A stretch of 62,105 nt of DNA, the filler included, from Asterionella formosa (taxonomy: Eukaryota): the NCBI GenBank assembly GCA_002256025.1. It is 11 parts of 11 records of this genome, joined end to end, with 100 filler letters (N's around TTAATTAATTAA, not from the genome) between each part and the next. Parts side by side here need not be neighbours in the genome. Positions count along the whole stretch, not along the records: positions 11,337 to 16,903 come from NKIB01013013.1; positions 17,004 to 22,561 come from NKIB01013014.1; positions 22,662 to 28,211 come from NKIB01013015.1; 8 more parts are not named here. One strand, 5' to 3'. The first letter of the stretch is position 1; each line of letters begins with the position of its first letter. The position numbers were made by a program, and so were the translations under genes. Shown here one piece after another: positions 11,569 to 24,246 of this stretch. The notes beneath the pieces are model-generated. The model was not told where the DNA came from and did no database searches. It worked only from the letters and a program-made list of their open reading frames with translations.

Positions 11569-13176
11569 TGCTTGGGTTTGATCCTACTGCAGATTTGATT
11601 CGAGACGAAAACGATGTTGCCAGAAATACTGGAAGGGGAAGAAGATATCCAATGGGACCAACCTGCAACATCAATGGCCACCAAATGCCTACCTTTTGCT
11701 TCTGCTCCAAAAGTTGAAGCATCACTGCGGTTTTGCTTGTGCAAATGCTACAGACTGTGGACAAAAATTGGAGTTTTCGACCAAACTAACGGAGTACAAG
11801 GGTCCTTGATGGCCATGGTAGCAGATTCGACCTACTGTTCCTGCAATACATCAACACAGCTGCAACGAAATTGAACGTCTGCATTGGGGTGCCATATGGC
11901 ACATCATACTGGCAAGTTGGGGACAGTCCAGAACAAAATGGGTCGTTTAAAATGGCATTCACAAAATGCAAGAGAGACTTACTTACCCAAAAGGAAAGGC
12001 GCCGTGCTGCATTTGCTATTGAAAAGGAAGATATTGTTGACGTGGTGTCGAAACCATCAGATGAATCCTTTGCCCGTATCGCTACAAACCAAAAAGCTGT
12101 TGCTGAACGATGTTGGGGTCCATTGAACTACAACTTGTTGCTCCATCCAGAAATTCAATTGACAAGTACCTCAAATCTGCAAACAGAAACACACAATAAT
12201 CAACCCGCCTCTTCCATTGCCCCATCCGGACTAAACTTGAGCCAAGGCATCACTGGAACCCTTTTTGATCAGGTCGTACAGTATCGCAATCGTGAGGACG
12301 CGAGAAACGGAATAAATCTAGATGAACTTGCCCGCCAACGAAAAGAAACAGCACTAAGGGCGATTGCAAGCAATAAATGATACACAGCCGGTCTTCATGT
12401 CGCTGCAGGCAGGTACTTGTTGTCATGAAGTGGTCGATGACCAGCTAAAAAGGAAGAGGCATGCAGAAGAAGTGCAGAGTGAGCGAGAGAATAAGAAAAT
12501 AGATGCACACATGGCGCTTGCAAACAAGGTTTATGCAATCAGATCCCTTAACAAATAGCCAGCTGAGTGGACAGTAGCACAAACGAAAACAATGGCAACA
12601 TGGTACAAGCAAGCAGGCGATCTTCCATTACCAACAACAAAACAACTACTTCTTACCAGATTCCATGACACCATGATGCGTGGCGATGCTGCAGTACCAG
12701 TTGCAATGGCTGTAACCTTGCCGATTCCTCACCAGCACCCTTTGTTCGCCCCTATTACACAACAAGAAGATATGATCATGGGACAAGGACCACAAGTCTA
12801 AGAATGATCAACAACTACTGCGAAAAAACACGAGGAGACAGAATCAACAAGAACACAATCAGTCTAAAAACGATGCAACAACTTCGAAAAAACATGCAAA
12901 TGATATAATATTTTCTAACCGTCACCTATAAAAATAACTACATGTATGGTAAAAATTTAATGAATGGCTTTGAGCCACTTCGACCGTTTTTGTCACTTTT
13001 AAAATGGATAGATCTCAGTTAATTTATGTTCAAGTAATGAAATGATCTAATTCTCATGTAGCTTAATGAACTAACTAATATCGTGCCAAAGGGCAAAAGA
13101 GGGGATTGATTTTAGCATAATTCTAGAATTAGTCGGAAAACGATATAATAACATGGCTCAAAGCCATTTTTAACTG
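11569..13176 (+). mobile_element. Degenerate pogo/Tc1-mariner-like (DDE_1) transposase with a probable right TIR
   Basis: LDGHGSRFD and VCIGVPYGTSYWQVGDSPEQNGSFKM with frameshifts. The end GGCTCAAAGCCATTTTTAACTG (13155-13176) resembles the reverse complement of the terminus at 53993. Confidence 0.75.
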
Positions 13177-13631
13177 GTACCAGGCACTGTATGCGCACCT
13201 CATGGAATTGTAGATGCCTTATGTCACACATGAGCATGGTATTTGCGCATAAATGGGCGGTATAGCACGTACGATGTGTTATGTATTATCTACAGCATAC
13301 CGTTACATGCATTACAGGTATGTAAATGATCTACCAAGAATGGACTATGTAGGGTTGTTCTTATCATTTTCGATTTGGTATCTTTATTTTTTTGAAAAAG
13401 TATCATGCAACAGCTACTCGATTTAAAACGAAAAAATCCATTCTCCACAAAAATAAAAATAAAATTTTATCACCAAAAAGTATCAGGAAAATTTAACTGT
13501 TATGGGCTGGCTACAAACATGTGCTTTTCCTTCCAGACTACCAGTACGTACTGCTGGGTACCAAACCAGTACTCAAACCATGCAAGAAAGAAATCTATGC
13601 AAATTATGTAAATGGACTACTATAGTCAATA

Positions 13632-13812
13632 GTATTTGCACAGGTATTTGTCGTAGTCACGTGATCATTTTCGTATTCTATTGCCTTGTATGTGCTGGAC
13701 AAGTAATAGTAGTCTACCAGTAGATATGTACCATTAGTGACAGCCAAAGTATTTGCAGAGCTAGTATATGTCGTAGTCACAAGATCATTTTCGTATTCTA
13801 TCGCCTAGTACT
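13632..13812 (+). repeat. Dispersed repeat with an internally duplicated ~55-bp unit, reverse-complement homolog of 35845-36000
   Basis: Two copies of TGTCGTAGTCAC..GATCATTTTCGTATTCTAT.GCCT at each locus. Confidence 0.75.
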
Positions 13813-14565
13813 TTGTCATTAGTTCCCGAATATCCTCAGTACCAGGTACCTGTAATTAGATACCGGGTGTATCTCTATGTACATGACTCAATCTGTTCAA
13901 TTCTCGACTCTGCGGTCATTGTTCTTTGGTGTTGTGGCTGAACATTGCCACACACGGCCGCAATAATGATTGTATGGTGCTTCTTTGATGCACACACTGT
14001 AATATTTTTTATGTATTATATTATATAGATGTGAATGAAAGTACTGCCCTGCAGGCTTATTTTCGGTTATTTTACTAGTGACAACGGAAATGATACCCAT
14101 GTGAAAATGTCAGTATCACTGATACCGTTTTTGGAGGGGGCAAAAAACGGTATCAATTTTGTATCAATGATACAAAACTGATACCATCAAGTTACTGTTG
14201 CTGATACTGTGTTTTGATACCAACCGTCACTTTTTGCCCGCAACCTGGAAATGATACAGCAAATTCGCAATGATAAGAACGACACTTAGACTAGCATAAG
14301 CCTGGCATTTCAAATCTGTGGGAAAAATCGTCCACATCTTTCCGTCCAGTTGAGGATGATTATTACTCGCTAATTTGTCATTTGCGTCATTGTAGCTAGA
14401 TTGACTCGATATATAAATACCGGTACACCCGCTCAAAGTTGCGGTCATAATGCTTAAATATCAATTTTATTTGGAACAAAGATAGCTAAACATTTAGCTA
14501 TACCACATTTTTGGCAACTTGCTGGTATCATGTAGATTAGCAGTTACCATATGATGATACACCAG

Positions 14566-15235
14566 AAGTATATGATAGGAGTACCAGTACCTGTGATGGT
14601 GAGCGATCCTGTGCAACTTCCTGTATGTTAAAAGCTCACGCACTCCTTCACGTCTGATGGGTATCCTCTAACGTAGGTCGTACCTGTTGTACCACTAGTA
14701 CTGTCATTCATCACACTTTGAGAACCTGTTCTTTGTGTTCCCTTTTCGTTGATGCAAACCTTCTTCTGATTGATTTATGACATCAATCTCATTAGCAAGC
14801 TTCTTGACACGGGAACGCACCATTTGACTTATTGGACTATAATCGAGTCCACAGGAGTCCTTGTGACTCATTATAGCCATTGATGCTATATTCTTGGCAT
14901 CCTCCTTGTTGCCATGTCCAAGAAATATTAAAACTGTACCACTCAATACAGGTCTAGATAACCTTGTGATCGATGGGATTGAAACTTAGTTTTAGTTTAA
15001 GCTTATAATTAAAAAACAGTGAGAATTGACAGAGTAAGGTCAATAGCGAAAACTAGCACGAAGGCTAGCAGCAAAGAAGATTAACTAGTAAAAGTATATG
15101 ATAGGAGTACCAGTACCTGTGATGGTGGGCGATCCTGTGCAACTACTGGCAGCTACACATACACCTATTACCCTATAGGGTTGCTTACGTAGATTATATC
15201 ACTACTCCATCAGGAGAGAACTCAACCAAGCAACA
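14566..15235 (-). mobile_element. Probable LTR-retrotransposon remnant (candidate LTR 14965-15235) with a 53-bp direct repeat
   Basis: Minus strand TGTTG...ATCACA followed by AGGTTAT, resembling a Copia PBS start. 14566-14618 equals 15092-15144 with one mismatch. Confidence 0.45.
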
Positions 15236-15326
15236 CCTATTGATACAGTATCGGTAGTATCTATTGAAGATAGAGCTTATTGGGAGCTTTGACATTCAAA
15301 TGAATTTGTCCCGAAATTTGGAAGGC

Positions 15327-15431
15327 AAAATGATATTTCGTCCCCTTATTCCTAACCCTAGCTAACCCTAGACTCGTCCAAGGTAGCATCTGAAGATCAG
15401 GATTAGGGGTAGTGGGACAAAATATCATTTT
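15327..15431. mobile_element. Small MITE-like inverted-repeat element with CTAACCCTA units
   Basis: AAAATGATATTTCGTCCC ... GGGACAAAATATCATTTT (17/18 inverted match). Confidence 0.6.
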
Positions 15432-15759
15432 CCAAAAATTATTATATCACAAATATTCTTTGGTGATATAATATATAATATTGTCATTGCGCTCTGATAC
15501 TTGAATAATTATAAATTACTTATCTGACAGTAAACATAAATTCAAATATAATTTATAACAGTTAAAATTGTCAGAGCAATGCATCCTCCTCTTGTTCATT
15601 ATATATGTGTCTCATAATTTCACCATTGTCAGCCACTGACCATGTCCGCTTTCCTCATCTCATCTTGTCTCATGATTATGATGATGATGACATGATCATC
15701 ACATTGCTACTGCTAGCAGCATGTGATTTATTGCGCCATTCTTTAATGAAAGCTTGACT

Positions 15760-16420
15760 GTTTATGAGGTCAGAAGAAGAAGCAGCAAAATCCGGCACTG
15801 CATACTACAGCATCACATTGTGTGGGTTAAATCATGCTTTCTTTGAGCTCCTCCTACACCAGCTATTCAAGCCTTATTTTGATTCTTTTACTCCCTATAG
15901 GAAAAAATGGAATTCATTGTCAGGAATTCAACAGCAAAATCCGGTTGGCCCAGACTCTTGTGTTCCATCAGTTGTCTGGCACTTGGGCTGGCATGGACTA
16001 AAACTTGTGGATCCTATATGATTCTTCAGATTAATTTCGGCTTAACTTACGGTTCCTTGAGCATTCGGTTGAAGTCTTCCAGGCTGATGATTGTCAAAGT
16101 ACTGCTGGCCTATAAAGATGTCATTGTTCATCTATCCACTGCAGGTAAAACCACTTTATTTGCATCCATGATTCATCAGAAGTATTCTCCCTTTGATAAA
16201 GAACTGTTGGGGAGCGATGGATGGTCTGAAACTCGGTCTGCAACAAACTGAAATGAAACACAACAGAACAATTGCTACAATGGGTGGACTCATGAACACT
16301 ACATCACAAACTTGTGTCTTTTTTCTCCTGTTGGAAAAATTCGTTGCTCGTATTTCAATGCACCTAGTGTTCTCCGTTACTCAACATTGGCCATGTTGTC
16401 CTCTATACATGGAGCAAGGG
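15760..16420 (+). mobile_element. Degenerate PIF/Harbinger-type (DDE_Tnp_4) transposase
   Basis: GWPRLL..CLALGLAW..LQINFG, NCWGAMDGLKL and YNGWTHEHYITNLCLFSP.GKI..YFNAP across frameshifts. Confidence 0.8.
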
Positions 16421-17003
16421 ATTGTGCAGGATTTCCAAAGTGCACTATTATTCTAGTCCACAACCAAGTGGGGTAAAGACCACAACCCTAGTAAACAAGC
16501 TTACAACCTTAAAATGAATCAGATTCTGCAATACCACTAAATTAATACGTGTTCCAACAGGTCAGTGGAATGCTGTGAACAGATGGCATGATATAAAGTT
16601 GCTACCACAACACTCTGGGAAATGAAGTGAAGGATCCATCAATACTGAAGAAAAACTGCTTTTACCCAGCACTCTTTGATGGAAAACCTAGTCCACAATC
16701 TCATGAGCATAGACTAAAACAGAAATTTCAACAGCAATAAATGTATCACTATTCCGATAGGTTAGTGGAATGCTGCGAAAAGATGCCATCATAATGTCGC
16801 TGCCCAAAAACTCAGGAGAACGAGCTTAGGGATCAATCAATACAGAAGAAAATATACGTTAACCCAGCTCAGCTTGAAGTCACACTATTGCGAAGGGCAC
16901 ACGNNNNNNNNNNNNNNNNNNNNNNNNNNNNNNNNNNNNNNNNNNNNTTAATTAATTAANNNNNNNNNNNNNNNNNNNNNNNNNNNNNNNNNNNNNNNNN
17001 NNN

Positions 17004-17347
17004 CTAGAATTATGTGAACGAAATTACAGAATTACGTGAAGTATTTCAAATAATTATGTGAAGTATTTTCAAATAATTATGTGAAGTATTTCAAATAATT
17101 ATGTGAAGTATTTCAAATAATTATGTGAAGTATTTCAAATAAATATGTGAAGGTGATCACATAATATAGTGATGATCAGGAATGCATGCATGATACTTTG
17201 ATCAAATATTTAACATGATGTATTCAGATAATATATAGATATATTCAACTATGTATTTTGATATATTCAACTAATTCATGTGATGCATTCAAAATCAACT
17301 AGGCTTATTTATGTGATGGTCACGTCACGTAATACGCGGCTTAGATG
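17004..17347 (-). mobile_element. Terminus of the same TIR family as 5240-5568, with about five 22-bp subterminal repeats
   Basis: Ends ...CGTAATACGCGGCTTAGATG|TA. GTGAAGTATTTCAAATAATTAT tandem at about 17036-17150. Confidence 0.75.
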
Positions 17348-17489
17348 TAAATGGTTGATTGGTGCCAGCAGAGAGAGGTTCCGGTTTTTTAAATCCAAGC
17401 GCCATAGTAAACTTTCAACCGGAGACAATCTGTTTTTGAGGGATGCTCAAGGGAGACTGGGCCATTGGATTTCATAAAAGCTGGGTGGA

Positions 17490-17620
17490 GAAGGAACCGT
17501 ACTCTGTGGGATGGGTCAGACAGAAATGTAGGTTCGGGTACTACAGTCAGTGGAAGGCATCCTTTGTCCGATTTTTTCAATCCTTTCAATGTTCTTGGCC
17601 ATTGGAAGGATGGCTGTAGT
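17490..17620 (-). mobile_element. Possible Kolobok/Mutator-like transposase fragment
   Basis: DKGCLPL..PEPTFLSDPSHRVR resembles a recalled motif of diatom transposases. Short fragment only. Confidence 0.35.
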
Positions 17621-17977
17621 TTCATGTTCAGTTGAGAGCAGTCTGTTTTAATTGGTGACGATGAGATTGCTATAAACATTGAGCGATGGAGAATGTTTAT
17701 GTATATATTTATTGAATTCGAAAAGGAATCTCTGTATGCATGCACAAATTTCCGGTGATTCAAATATTTCAAATGTAATCACGTCATTCAAAATTAACTC
17801 ATAAAAATTCTTAGTTCCAGGGAATTTCGGCAACCCTAAGCAATATTTTAATTTTTGCCTAGGGGTTCAAATGCAGGAACCTTAACAATTACTAACGTAA
17901 GTAATGCGAAGTCAAGAAGATCCTATACTCTCTTGTCATCACCCGAAGGTACAAGGTAAAGCAATAGCCAGTTTACC

Positions 17978-20900
17978 ATGACAGAGGAAGACTCGTTTGC
18001 TTCGTCAGACTCATCCGACGATGAATTCTTGACAATGAAGGAAGGCGGTGTCAGCCAGGACCGCGACGCTCTGATTCGTAAGAAGCTAATGGAGAGTTTT
18101 TACGGAAAGACCATTCCTGAAACTCAGTCTGCAGCCAGCAAAAGTGACGATGAAGACACTGAAGACGATCTCGTCAAATCAACTGACGGAGTTCACGGGG
18201 AGCAGCAGAACGAGGGAGATAGTGAAAATTTGGCATTGGATGATTTGGATTCTCCTTACTTCGACCCCAATGCCCATACAACTCAGCACGTCATGCAATC
18301 GAATATGCACGACCTACTAGAAACCGAGGAACGCCTGGCCTTGCAGGTCCGAACACTTGATTCGACCATGCAAACGTTGGTCTACGAGAATTACTCCAAG
18401 TTTATCGATGCTACGGATGCTATTCGGTCCATCGGGGTCTCAGTGCACGCAAATGAAGAAGGCTTGACTAGACTTGCTCGTGGCATGGAGACGATTCACG
18501 ATAAGTCACGCGAGGTTGAGGATGCCTTGGGAGGTCTTCGTGATCAAGTGGCGGAAAAACTTCGTGTCAAGAAACTATTGACTAGGTTAGATGCACTGTT
18601 GAAGCTTCCGAAGACGTTGAACGAACACATTGGACAACATAAATACCGTCTGGCGACAACCACATATATATCAGCATATGCCATATTAAGCAGACACTCA
18701 GAAGGTTTTGAGTCTCTCAAGACCATTCAGGTCGAGTGTCATAACATATTGACTAAGATGGTGGCCACGCTAAAGGACAATCTCTTGCATTGGAGTGGTC
18801 GGATAACGGATAACATTCGAAATAGAATGGATACAGATTTCTCGGGAGATTTCGAGAGCTATGATGACGATGACAACCAAGACATGGCAATCAAGTCTGC
18901 AGTTCACGAAAAAGAAGACGGTGATTGGATTTCTCCTCCAGATCCTCCAAAGAACATAAGTGAAATTTTTGAATGCGCAGTAACTCTCATGATCCTTTTT
19001 CCAGAAGCAGAAACAGACGAAGGAAGTCGAATTACCTTTGATTCTGGTTTGAACCCAAGTGAATGCAAGTCCCTTGCTTTGGCTGCATCTGTTCGTTTCT
19101 TAGAGCGCGTCTTAGACAGTCATCATGTGACTTTGCAAGAGTCAGCATTTGACGCTGAGTTTGATGAAGATATTTATGAAACAAGACTTCACAACGTTGT
19201 GCATTCATCTGAATCATCATCTTTGCAAGACGCAACAAGTGGGAGCAATCTTATTCCAGTTGTATTCTTGGACAATGCCTTGGAGGTGGTGACATTGTTT
19301 GGGATCAGCTTGTCACCTGACGGTATAGCAGATTTAAGTGATTCTGATAAACTCCTCGTAATGGACTTTGTCACTGAGATCTTCTCGTCTTTTTTGTCCC
19401 ATGTGCGTTCTGTCTTGAGGGAGCGAAGTATCAAAGCTGATCCTGAATGTAATACAGAAAATGGAGATAGCCACGAGCACTTCGAAGATGATGGGGACTT
19501 GGCGTATGGAGAAATAAGTGGAGCCATGACTCACTTTTTGCACGCTGTGCGTGGCTTCGCTTCTGGATTGGCCCTACCCCAGGTTGGAGTCGATCCACAA
19601 TTCGCATCTGGGTTGATTGAAGAGGCTGTGGTGATCACCGAATCCATGGTACGAAGGCGTGTTGCGCAGAAGTTCTTTTCTCTTCGCCTTCGTGTTGTTA
19701 AAGATTGTATCAGTCCTTTTGTCGACGAAGCAATACAGTTTTCCGTCAAAGCAACGCAATCGGGACCGCCACGAGTTGTTCAGGTTGGACAAATGGCAAG
19801 TGTTGCTTTATCAGATGGATTGCAAATGGTCGACGATACCGTAAAGAGCATCTTGACCGGTGGTGTAGTTGTTTCCGACCTAAAGGGTGTCGACATTGCC
19901 ATGGTCAATGAGGCTGTCCAAGGGTTTTGTCGTAGATTCGCGCTTTGGTTGGCAGCAACTCTTGAGGTTTTGTCAGGTTGCCAATCTGGCGATTCCAAGG
20001 TTACCATCGAAGCCGATGAGGTAGAAGTGACTCTAATTGACGATGCTGAACAAGGTGGGGCGACGGAGAATACATTGAATCCATCTGAGGACTTTAGCTC
20101 TCCAGATGATATGAGTGACATCTCAGACAAGAACAATGCTATTGTGGACAAGGTAGAGGCTGAGCTCAATGAGCTTCTCGAGCGATTGGATTCGAACATC
20201 TCGTCAACAGCAAGGTATGACCTGATGATTGCTATTGCTGAAATGTGTCGCCTAGCAGAGCGATCAGTAATGGAGAACATTAATCTGTCGATTTCATCCA
20301 GTCAAGGTGGAGGCAGACGACACAAGTCTTCTGAGCTCTTCCACTCAAGATCCTCAAAAGCTGTTCTTACTGATGAAGATAAGAAGGTTTGTGAAAGGTT
20401 TAGATTGGCTGCTTCGAGAGCTCTGGGGCATTATGCCATCAATCGAGGTTTCGATGCCGCCATGTTAGTGTGCACAGGGTTTGTTGATATGGCCGCGCAA
20501 GACGGAGATGAACTACCAAAGGCTCCTCGTGAAAGTAATTGGCGAGCTCTAGAAATTGTGAAGCTCGCTTGTATAGATTGCTCAAACGTCTTTGGTGGTG
20601 AGAGTTTTTCCGAATCTGTTCAAGATGTACCAGATGACGAGCCAGAATTTCTAAACACTGGTGCTCTGTCATCGTCGGGACGGAGGCAAATTGGTCACAT
20701 CAAGGGTCTCCAGCTGGATGTTGAGCGACTGTTTGCGGATAAAAAGCCAACATTCCCGCACCCATCTCAGTTTTTGGAGTTCACGAGGAGTGCAGTTGTC
20801 ACAATTATTTTGAACATTGCTGTTCACTCCTTGTTGGAGTTGACTAGGTCGTGTACTTTTACGGCAAGTGGGTATCGCCAGCTCCAAGTCGACGTTGCGT

Positions 20901-21238
20901 TCCTTAAACACATGCTTTCGCATTATGTGAAGGACGATTTCTTGGGTGAAGGATCCACCTCATTGACGGCTTTAGACAACATGCTGAATGAATCTATGAA
21001 GACTGCCGGGAATAGGTGCAAAGACTTTGATATCGTTGGACAAGATAGATATTATGATCCTGTAACGGGGGTTACTTTGACGGTCCGATCAATTCTCCGT
21101 AAGTTTATGAACAGCGCATCGGTGATAGAAAGATCAAATGCCCACGGCGAGGAAGGGGTGGGGGTAGGACAAGTCGAGAACATTTTCACACGATTTATTC
21201 TTGAAAATTCCAGAAGTGAATTCCAGAATTCGACGTGA
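17978..21238 (+). CDS. VPS51: Vacuolar protein sorting 51 (GARP/EARP subunit)
   Basis: 1086-aa ORF. N-terminal DLDSPYFD..LDSTMQTLVYENYSKFIDATDAI; C-terminal DVERLF and GYRQLQVD. Confidence 0.92.
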   Translation: MTEEDSFASSDSSDDEFLTMKEGGVSQDRDALIRKKLMESFYGKTIPETQSAASKSDDEDTEDDLVKSTDGVHGEQQNEGDSENLALDDLDSPYFDPNAHTTQHVMQSNMHDLLETEERLALQVRTLDSTMQTLVYENYSKFIDATDAIRSIGVSVHANEEGLTRLARGMETIHDKSREVEDALGGLRDQVAEKLRVKKLLTRLDALLKLPKTLNEHIGQHKYRLATTTYISAYAILSRHSEGFESLKTIQVECHNILTKMVATLKDNLLHWSGRITDNIRNRMDTDFSGDFESYDDDDNQDMAIKSAVHEKEDGDWISPPDPPKNISEIFECAVTLMILFPEAETDEGSRITFDSGLNPSECKSLALAASVRFLERVLDSHHVTLQESAFDAEFDEDIYETRLHNVVHSSESSSLQDATSGSNLIPVVFLDNALEVVTLFGISLSPDGIADLSDSDKLLVMDFVTEIFSSFLSHVRSVLRERSIKADPECNTENGDSHEHFEDDGDLAYGEISGAMTHFLHAVRGFASGLALPQVGVDPQFASGLIEEAVVITESMVRRRVAQKFFSLRLRVVKDCISPFVDEAIQFSVKATQSGPPRVVQVGQMASVALSDGLQMVDDTVKSILTGGVVVSDLKGVDIAMVNEAVQGFCRRFALWLAATLEVLSGCQSGDSKVTIEADEVEVTLIDDAEQGGATENTLNPSEDFSSPDDMSDISDKNNAIVDKVEAELNELLERLDSNISSTARYDLMIAIAEMCRLAERSVMENINLSISSSQGGGRRHKSSELFHSRSSKAVLTDEDKKVCERFRLAASRALGHYAINRGFDAAMLVCTGFVDMAAQDGDELPKAPRESNWRALEIVKLACIDCSNVFGGESFSESVQDVPDDEPEFLNTGALSSSGRRQIGHIKGLQLDVERLFADKKPTFPHPSQFLEFTRSAVVTIILNIAVHSLLELTRSCTFTASGYRQLQVDVAFLKHMLSHYVKDDFLGEGSTSLTALDNMLNESMKTAGNRCKDFDIVGQDRYYDPVTGVTLTVRSILRKFMNSASVIERSNAHGEEGVGVGQVENIFTRFILENSRSEFQNST

Positions 21239-21843
21239 ACAACGCGATGTACTGTTGGAATTTTGGTTCGAAGGCAGGCGGTTGCTATTAAAATTTATTT
21301 AGAGGCCGAACATTTTTGTTCATCAGCTTTTTTTCAGTCATGAGGCATAGTTCAATGTTGTTCTTCTTTGAACGGAAAATTCAAACCTATTTACTGGTAC
21401 TATTTCAGTACAGCAGAACCTGGATACAATCACTATTGGATGAACCATCTATGAAAGATAAACTTTCTCAACGAAATGCCCCCACATTGGTTATCCTTCT
21501 AATTGACCCTCTCTATAAGATTATTATTCTTTAAAAAAATAGAGACCATCAGCCATGGGTAAGAGCGCCATGCAGATTGCACTCAATTTGAGCCAGCAGT
21601 TTTTCCTCGTTTTCTCTTTTCAACCTCTTATTACTGTGGACTGACATTCATCAGTGTCAGCTGCTTTCACATATAATAGATGCATCAGTACACATAGGAG
21701 CTGAGAAAACCCAATTTGGAAAATAAATTGGGATTTCGAGGGCTATTCTCTTTTTCTCCGTGTCCGAAATCAAAATTGTTATTTTGCCACCAATTTTGCC
21801 CTAGGATGGTCAGGATTAAAGTAGTTGCTTGTTTGTATTAATT

Positions 21844-22561
21844 TGATAAATAATAGTGAATTGTAAATTAGAGTTGTGAAATGATGAGCTGAAAGATTAG
21901 TTTGTCCTTCATTTGTCTCACAGGTTGATTGTAGTGTTTAGGCGGTCGCCTGGAGCTAAGGGAATTGTGCACAGTGTCCCCGGTGTTAAATCCACAAGTT
22001 CGGACTGTATTCTATTGTATCTGTAAGACAACAATGGAGAGAAGACAGTCTACAGGGGAGGCTTTATCGATGTAAACCCGATAATTAGTAAAGAATGAGC
22101 AGAACTCATATTAACTATATAAATATACCTACTCGTTCAGCCACGTAGCCTTCACTGTGGACGTGGCTTCTTTCTTCTTTTTCTTTCCTTGTACTTTAAT
22201 CCATTCATCGTCTGTATCTTGTACGTCCATATTTCCTAACACACTCCTGTGATCCTGGAAGCTAACAGTTGCTGGATCAACATTCATAATCTCGTTTCTA
22301 AATTTCTGGAAAAGGGCTCCCTGTAGTGGCTTTGTAAAAAAATCTGCAACCATTTCTTGTGTGGGGCAGTATTGAACTGACACATCTTTTGCCTCAATAC
22401 GATCAGTGACAAAAAAGTATCTGATGTTAATATTGCGAGTTCTTTTGCTGCTCGATGCCTTGCCATTCTTTTCCAACAGTATTGCGCTCTGATTATCCTG
22501 GAATATAATTGAATCTTTAACGTCATACCCTTGAGCTTCCAAGAAATATCGTGTCCACAAT
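21844..22561 (-). mobile_element. 3' end of a CoDi-type Copia (RNase H + 3' LTR, about 21844-22241)
   Basis: WTRYFLEAQGY, QDNQSAILLEKNG, NIRYFF and MVADFFTKPLQG, then HRSVL encoded by PPT AGGAGTG + TGTTAG. The distal LTR end is tentative. Confidence 0.9.
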
Positions 22562-22839
22562 NNNNNNNNNNNNNNNNNNNNNNNNNNNNNNNNNNNNNNN
22601 NNNNNTTAATTAATTAANNNNNNNNNNNNNNNNNNNNNNNNNNNNNNNNNNNNNNNNNNNNGATGTAATAAGTAGCATCAAATGAGAAATAGAAAAAATT
22701 GTTTTGGGTTAGAAATGAAATAAAAAATAAGAGTTCCAATGGAGACGTATGCATTGTGAATCATTGTAGTACTTACACAGGCAACATTGAGTTTCCATCA
22801 CCACACAATCGAAGACCGAAAGAAGAAGAAAAAAAGCTG

Positions 22840-23330
22840 AATCCAATGTAGACCTGCATCGTTATGTAGCGCAAATGGTCTGGTTTCTGCAACCATGCGC
22901 ATCGCTGTAGTAGCCTGACACCAGTAGCAGTATTTCCACCACAGTCATTCCTCTCCGCAGCCCACCCAACAAGCAACCCTGATCATTCCATTCTGAGCAA
23001 GCGTGATCGCCACGCTGCTCCAGAACTATTGACTCTCTCTAGCTGAGTATTCATGTAGCTTCTGATACGAACTCGTAGTAGAAATGTAGCAAAGCGCGTT
23101 AGAACAAGAAAAGCATTCCTTGGCGGCAATATTGACATCATTGTCAATGACTATACAAATCAACAAATACGATCAACAACGGCACAATACCACATCTTCA
23201 ATGAGTAGTCATTGATAAATGCATTGGTTCTTATGTAGATATGTACAATCGAAACAAAACAACAGTGCGTAATGACAAACAACGATGGAAGCGATCAAAA
23301 CAAACCACGGAAGCAATCAAATCGGAAAGT
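22840..23330 (+). repeat. Old dispersed repeat homologous to 48330-48820
   Basis: Shared AACCCTGATCATTCCA, CAAGAAAAGCATT.CTTGG.GGCAATATTGACATCAT and GAAGC.ATCAAAACA blocks in the same order. Confidence 0.75.
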
Positions 23331-24246
23331 CGATAAATTCAATCTACAATCCACATTCAGTATTTCACTGTTGTACTCACTGATCCGCTTCAACTAGCAT
23401 AACAAGCAGCAGACGATGGGATAAAAGAAAGACGAACGTTGCCTATTGCAAGCCCAAATAGAGCAAAGGTATGCAAGATAGAGTGAGAACTATATTTGTG
23501 AGGACGAAATCGGGCATACAGTACGTAAAATCAATGAATATGTGAACGATATAATTCAACATTTCAGGTCTCGTAAAAATAATACCGAGTCTACAGAGAA
23601 TATTATAACTTGTTCAAAGTAAGCGTTAAAGCATAGGAATGATGAGATTGGATGATCCCGAGCAATGGTCCATTATTTGTTCTTTTTCACTCCCAAAGAA
23701 CCTAAGATGGTCCTTCTCGTTTCGTCCAAAATTTTTCTTCTCCACTTTTCAACTGCAGCTCGATATGAGTCTGTAAATTTTTTCAATTTGATTCCAGAAG
23801 GGCTACTAGTATCATCAGTTACAAAATATTTTTTCAAATTTTTGTCAATTTTGATGCATCCAGAAATTTGGCCAAGAGGTAGATGGTTATACCATCTGAA
23901 GGGAGCAAATTTTTCTTTCATTTGTTGGATCATGGATTTCACGTTGACAACATCATCCTTCTTGAAAGATGAAATGCAAGGAAGACGTCCAAATACTTCA
24001 TTCATCATTTTTACATCTAAATAGGAGCTTCAAATTTTGTCGATACAAAATTGAAGAACAGTTATTTCCAACTGAAACATATCCTCACGAGAATTTGTGG
24101 TTGTCACTTGATGCCAAACTGTTCCAAGATGAAAGTATGTTGACTTGGTTGGTGGGTCAGATGTAACAGATAACAAATCGTCTGTTCGATCAGTTGCTAC
24201 CACCTGAGGTTTTAAGACTTTCCAGGACTCTGTCTCCAAACGGAAT

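Noticed and set aside
15352..15371. Telomere-like CTAACCCTA
   Set aside because: Only two units, internal to a small inverted-repeat element.
16557..16870. Diverged ~200-bp tandem duplication
   Set aside because: Real but old and truncated by the contig end; no functional signal.
17036..17150. CRISPR-like short repeats (also 8603-8682)
   Set aside because: Head-to-tail tandem units with no unique spacers, a eukaryotic context and no cas genes.
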